A stretch of 63,429 nt of DNA, counting the filler, from Ionaspis alba (Eukaryota): NCBI GenBank assembly GCA_964255285.1. It is 14 parts of 14 records of this genome, joined end to end, with 100 filler letters (N's around TTAATTAATTAA, not from the genome) between each part and the next. Parts side by side here need not be neighbours in the genome. Positions count along the whole stretch, not along the records: positions 59,077 to 63,429 come from CAXUUL010001111.1; 13 more parts are not named here. One strand, written 5' to 3'. Shown here in pieces: positions 61,147 through 63,429 of this stretch (position 1 is its first letter; each line of letters opens with the position of its first letter). The translations under genes were made by a program, and so were the position numbers. Below the pieces are notes generated by a model that searched no databases, was not told the origin of the DNA, and saw only the letters and a list, made by a program, of their open reading frames with translations.

Positions 61147-63429
61147 TATGACTTTGTGAGCGAGTGTGTAGGAGAAGGAAAAGGAAAAGGAAATGTGATT
61201 ATATCAGAAAAAAACACAAGCGACAGATAGGGACAAGTCTTGAACGAAGGGACTCTATCTCAAGGTTTATGGCAAACTGATGGTAATGAAAGGGGAGGTG
61301 TAACCTCCACCTTATATCAAAGACATGGTCTACGTAAAAAGCTGATGCCATCGCTCCAGCTCGTATCGCAAGGAAAGATGACCTGACTCGTCAGCTAGAA
61401 ACGGGCAGGCCTTCACGGAAAAGGCTTAGGTAAACAGTACTCAGACACGAACGATGATACGAAAAGGTACAGGCACTAGACCTAGTAAACTTGCTAGGGA
61501 GAGCAAAACAACTTGGCAAGTGGAGACGGTCTTCTTGTTCGCTCACTAGCCTCGGAATGGCTGGCGATGTGGTTGTACTGGCGGTTGTACGCAAACCCGT
61601 CGATGAGACCGTACGGTCCTATCTTGGGATACAAGTGGTCGCGAGTCACCGCCACATGGAGATGAGCGACCTGCACAGGCCTGCGTTTTTCTGCTGAGAA
61701 ATCTTGACCTTTCGAGAAGGACAGCCGTAAAGTGCAAATAGTGTAGAAGAATGGTGACGGTTTCGCCGACGAATAATCGTGGCGAAGTAAGCCAACCGGA
61801 AAAAAATAGGACAAGGGCTTCCTTAGCTGATGATTGGCTGGCTCGGCTCTCAACGGCAAGCCCTTGGCTCGCTCTCGCGAGCCCAAATTAGAAACAGCTT
61901 CGGACGTACAATACTCATTAGCAAGCCTCTGCAATTCGCCTCAAACTATCGAGAAGCCCGCTGACGAAACAGATAGCTGATGAGTAGCGTTGATGCCGTG
62001 GGTAGAGATGGAGTCAACCATTGACTATCGACAAATTTTCGTTATTGACCAGCAAGCGACGATGAGAACCATGTTATCTGTTTTCAGATCCTAATCATTG
62101 ATGAACATCTGTTCCATTATACTCCACTATCAGCGCGGGCTCCATCTCTGCTGGGTGGACGACTACGTTTGCAGGTCTTGCACGTCAGGTTCTGTAAACT
62201 AGCATCATCCACAGCTTATTGATTATGGGTGAGAGGATATTGTCCCATGTTGAAAACGCTCATTCGTCTGCTCCTCAACTCAACCATGATATGTGGGAAC
62301 ATTCACACTCGAAGGAACAGAGTCTAGCAGAACCAACATTCAGTATACCTGAGGGTACTCACACCGTTCGCGGGCAATACGAATGGTGCCATGTCAGCCT
62401 TTGCTTGATTGAAAGCGCTAGGCTAGCGCACTGAGCACATTATTTGAGGCTAAGTAGTTATAGACTCAGGGAGTGAGGTACGAAATGTTGCTACTGCTTA
62501 CTGCAAGGTGGGGATAGCCTTGTTTGAAGAGTCTCGGGCACACAGTCTCTGCGAAAGTCGGAATAGGAAAAAGCTTTCACACCTCGTAGCTAGTATAGTG
62601 CAAACCGATGCATTCGTACTGACATGACTCGTAGAGCATCCCACTCTATCGGCTTCTCGGCAGTATTGAAGCCTCATAGTTGAGCATGGCAATATACTTG
62701 CCTTTCTCCAAGCTCGTATGCAAATCCACCACATTGGAGAAGAAGCTATTTTTGCCTACGACGGGTTTGGCCACCGTTACTGGCAACCAGACATATCAAA
62801 GATCATTCGCTATGGCGGCGCTTCTTATGGCTGTCGCTGCCACTTCCGGGATGAAGTGATAATTTGATATGCGGTAACCTCTTTGTCTTTGTCCGCACTG
62901 ATCTCCGTTCTCCATCGATTGTAAGCATTACCTGCGACGTGCGTTCCATTATCTAACTTTCCACGGCCAATTTCAAAGTTTGTGAGGACTCACTCAAGTG
63001 TGGAGATTTTGTCTGTCTCTCGAGGAAAAAGGAAGTAGCATTCGCACCATCGATGACAGTCTCAATTTCGGGGACCCATTTCGCGATCCTAGATTTTCCT
63101 GTCCAGATGCTGCCTCCAACAATCATGGGAGTCTCCGAGCACCAGTTAGAAACGATACATGGCTCTCCTTCCGCTGCACAGTATCAAAGATCATCGACTA
63201 GTCATCCAGTCTAGCTCATTCAAAGGTGTCAGGTTCAAACTCGCGTATTCGAACAGGAAAAGATGTCAGGCAGCAAGATTTAGGCATTGTAGAAAACAGG
63301 AAGAGGATATCTGGAAAGACAGTAGCCGCTCTGAAGATACCTGGCAGTGGTGCCTCCAAGCCGCAAGACTCAAGTATATAATGGCAGGCCGCTCCAAAAC
63401 CATGCTTCGTGTCTTTTCGTTATGGTCTT

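Noticed and set aside
63225..63250. GGTTCAAACTC B-box/T-loop-like motif as a tRNA or SINE
   Set aside because: No cloverleaf stems or A-box could be assembled around it.

Overview
Eukaryotic (filamentous ascomycete, Pezizomycotina-type) DNA with short spliceosomal introns (GT/GC...CTRAY...YAG). It is not a contiguous locus. It consists of 14 unrelated ~4.4-kb contigs/scaffolds sorted by decreasing length (4502 to 4353 bp) and joined by 13 artificial 100-bp linkers (44 N + TTAATTAATTAA + 44 N), so adjacency is only meaningful within a segment. Most content is ordinary fungal housekeeping: an Nnk1-like kinase, MATE-like transporter, S10 carboxypeptidase, S53 peptidase, ABC1/MCP2 kinase, ANP1-family mannosyltransferase, SDR, PSY2, CYP450, F-box protein, ALG7, SEH1, RasGAP, DOM34, FLVCR-like MFS, SCT1 GPAT and a Ser/Thr-rich secreted protein. 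The more unusual items are: a very large amidoligase-family protein with NLS-like insertions and an acidic disordered tail; a head-to-head FLVCR-like transporter/SCT1 pair; a head-to-head secreted protease pair; a GC-AG intron in ALG7; a probable pseudogene; and a few inverted-repeat or structured non-coding patches. I see no convincing multi-gene novel system, rRNA, tRNA, CRISPR array or intact transposon. All family assignments come from motif recognition by eye, not from database searches.
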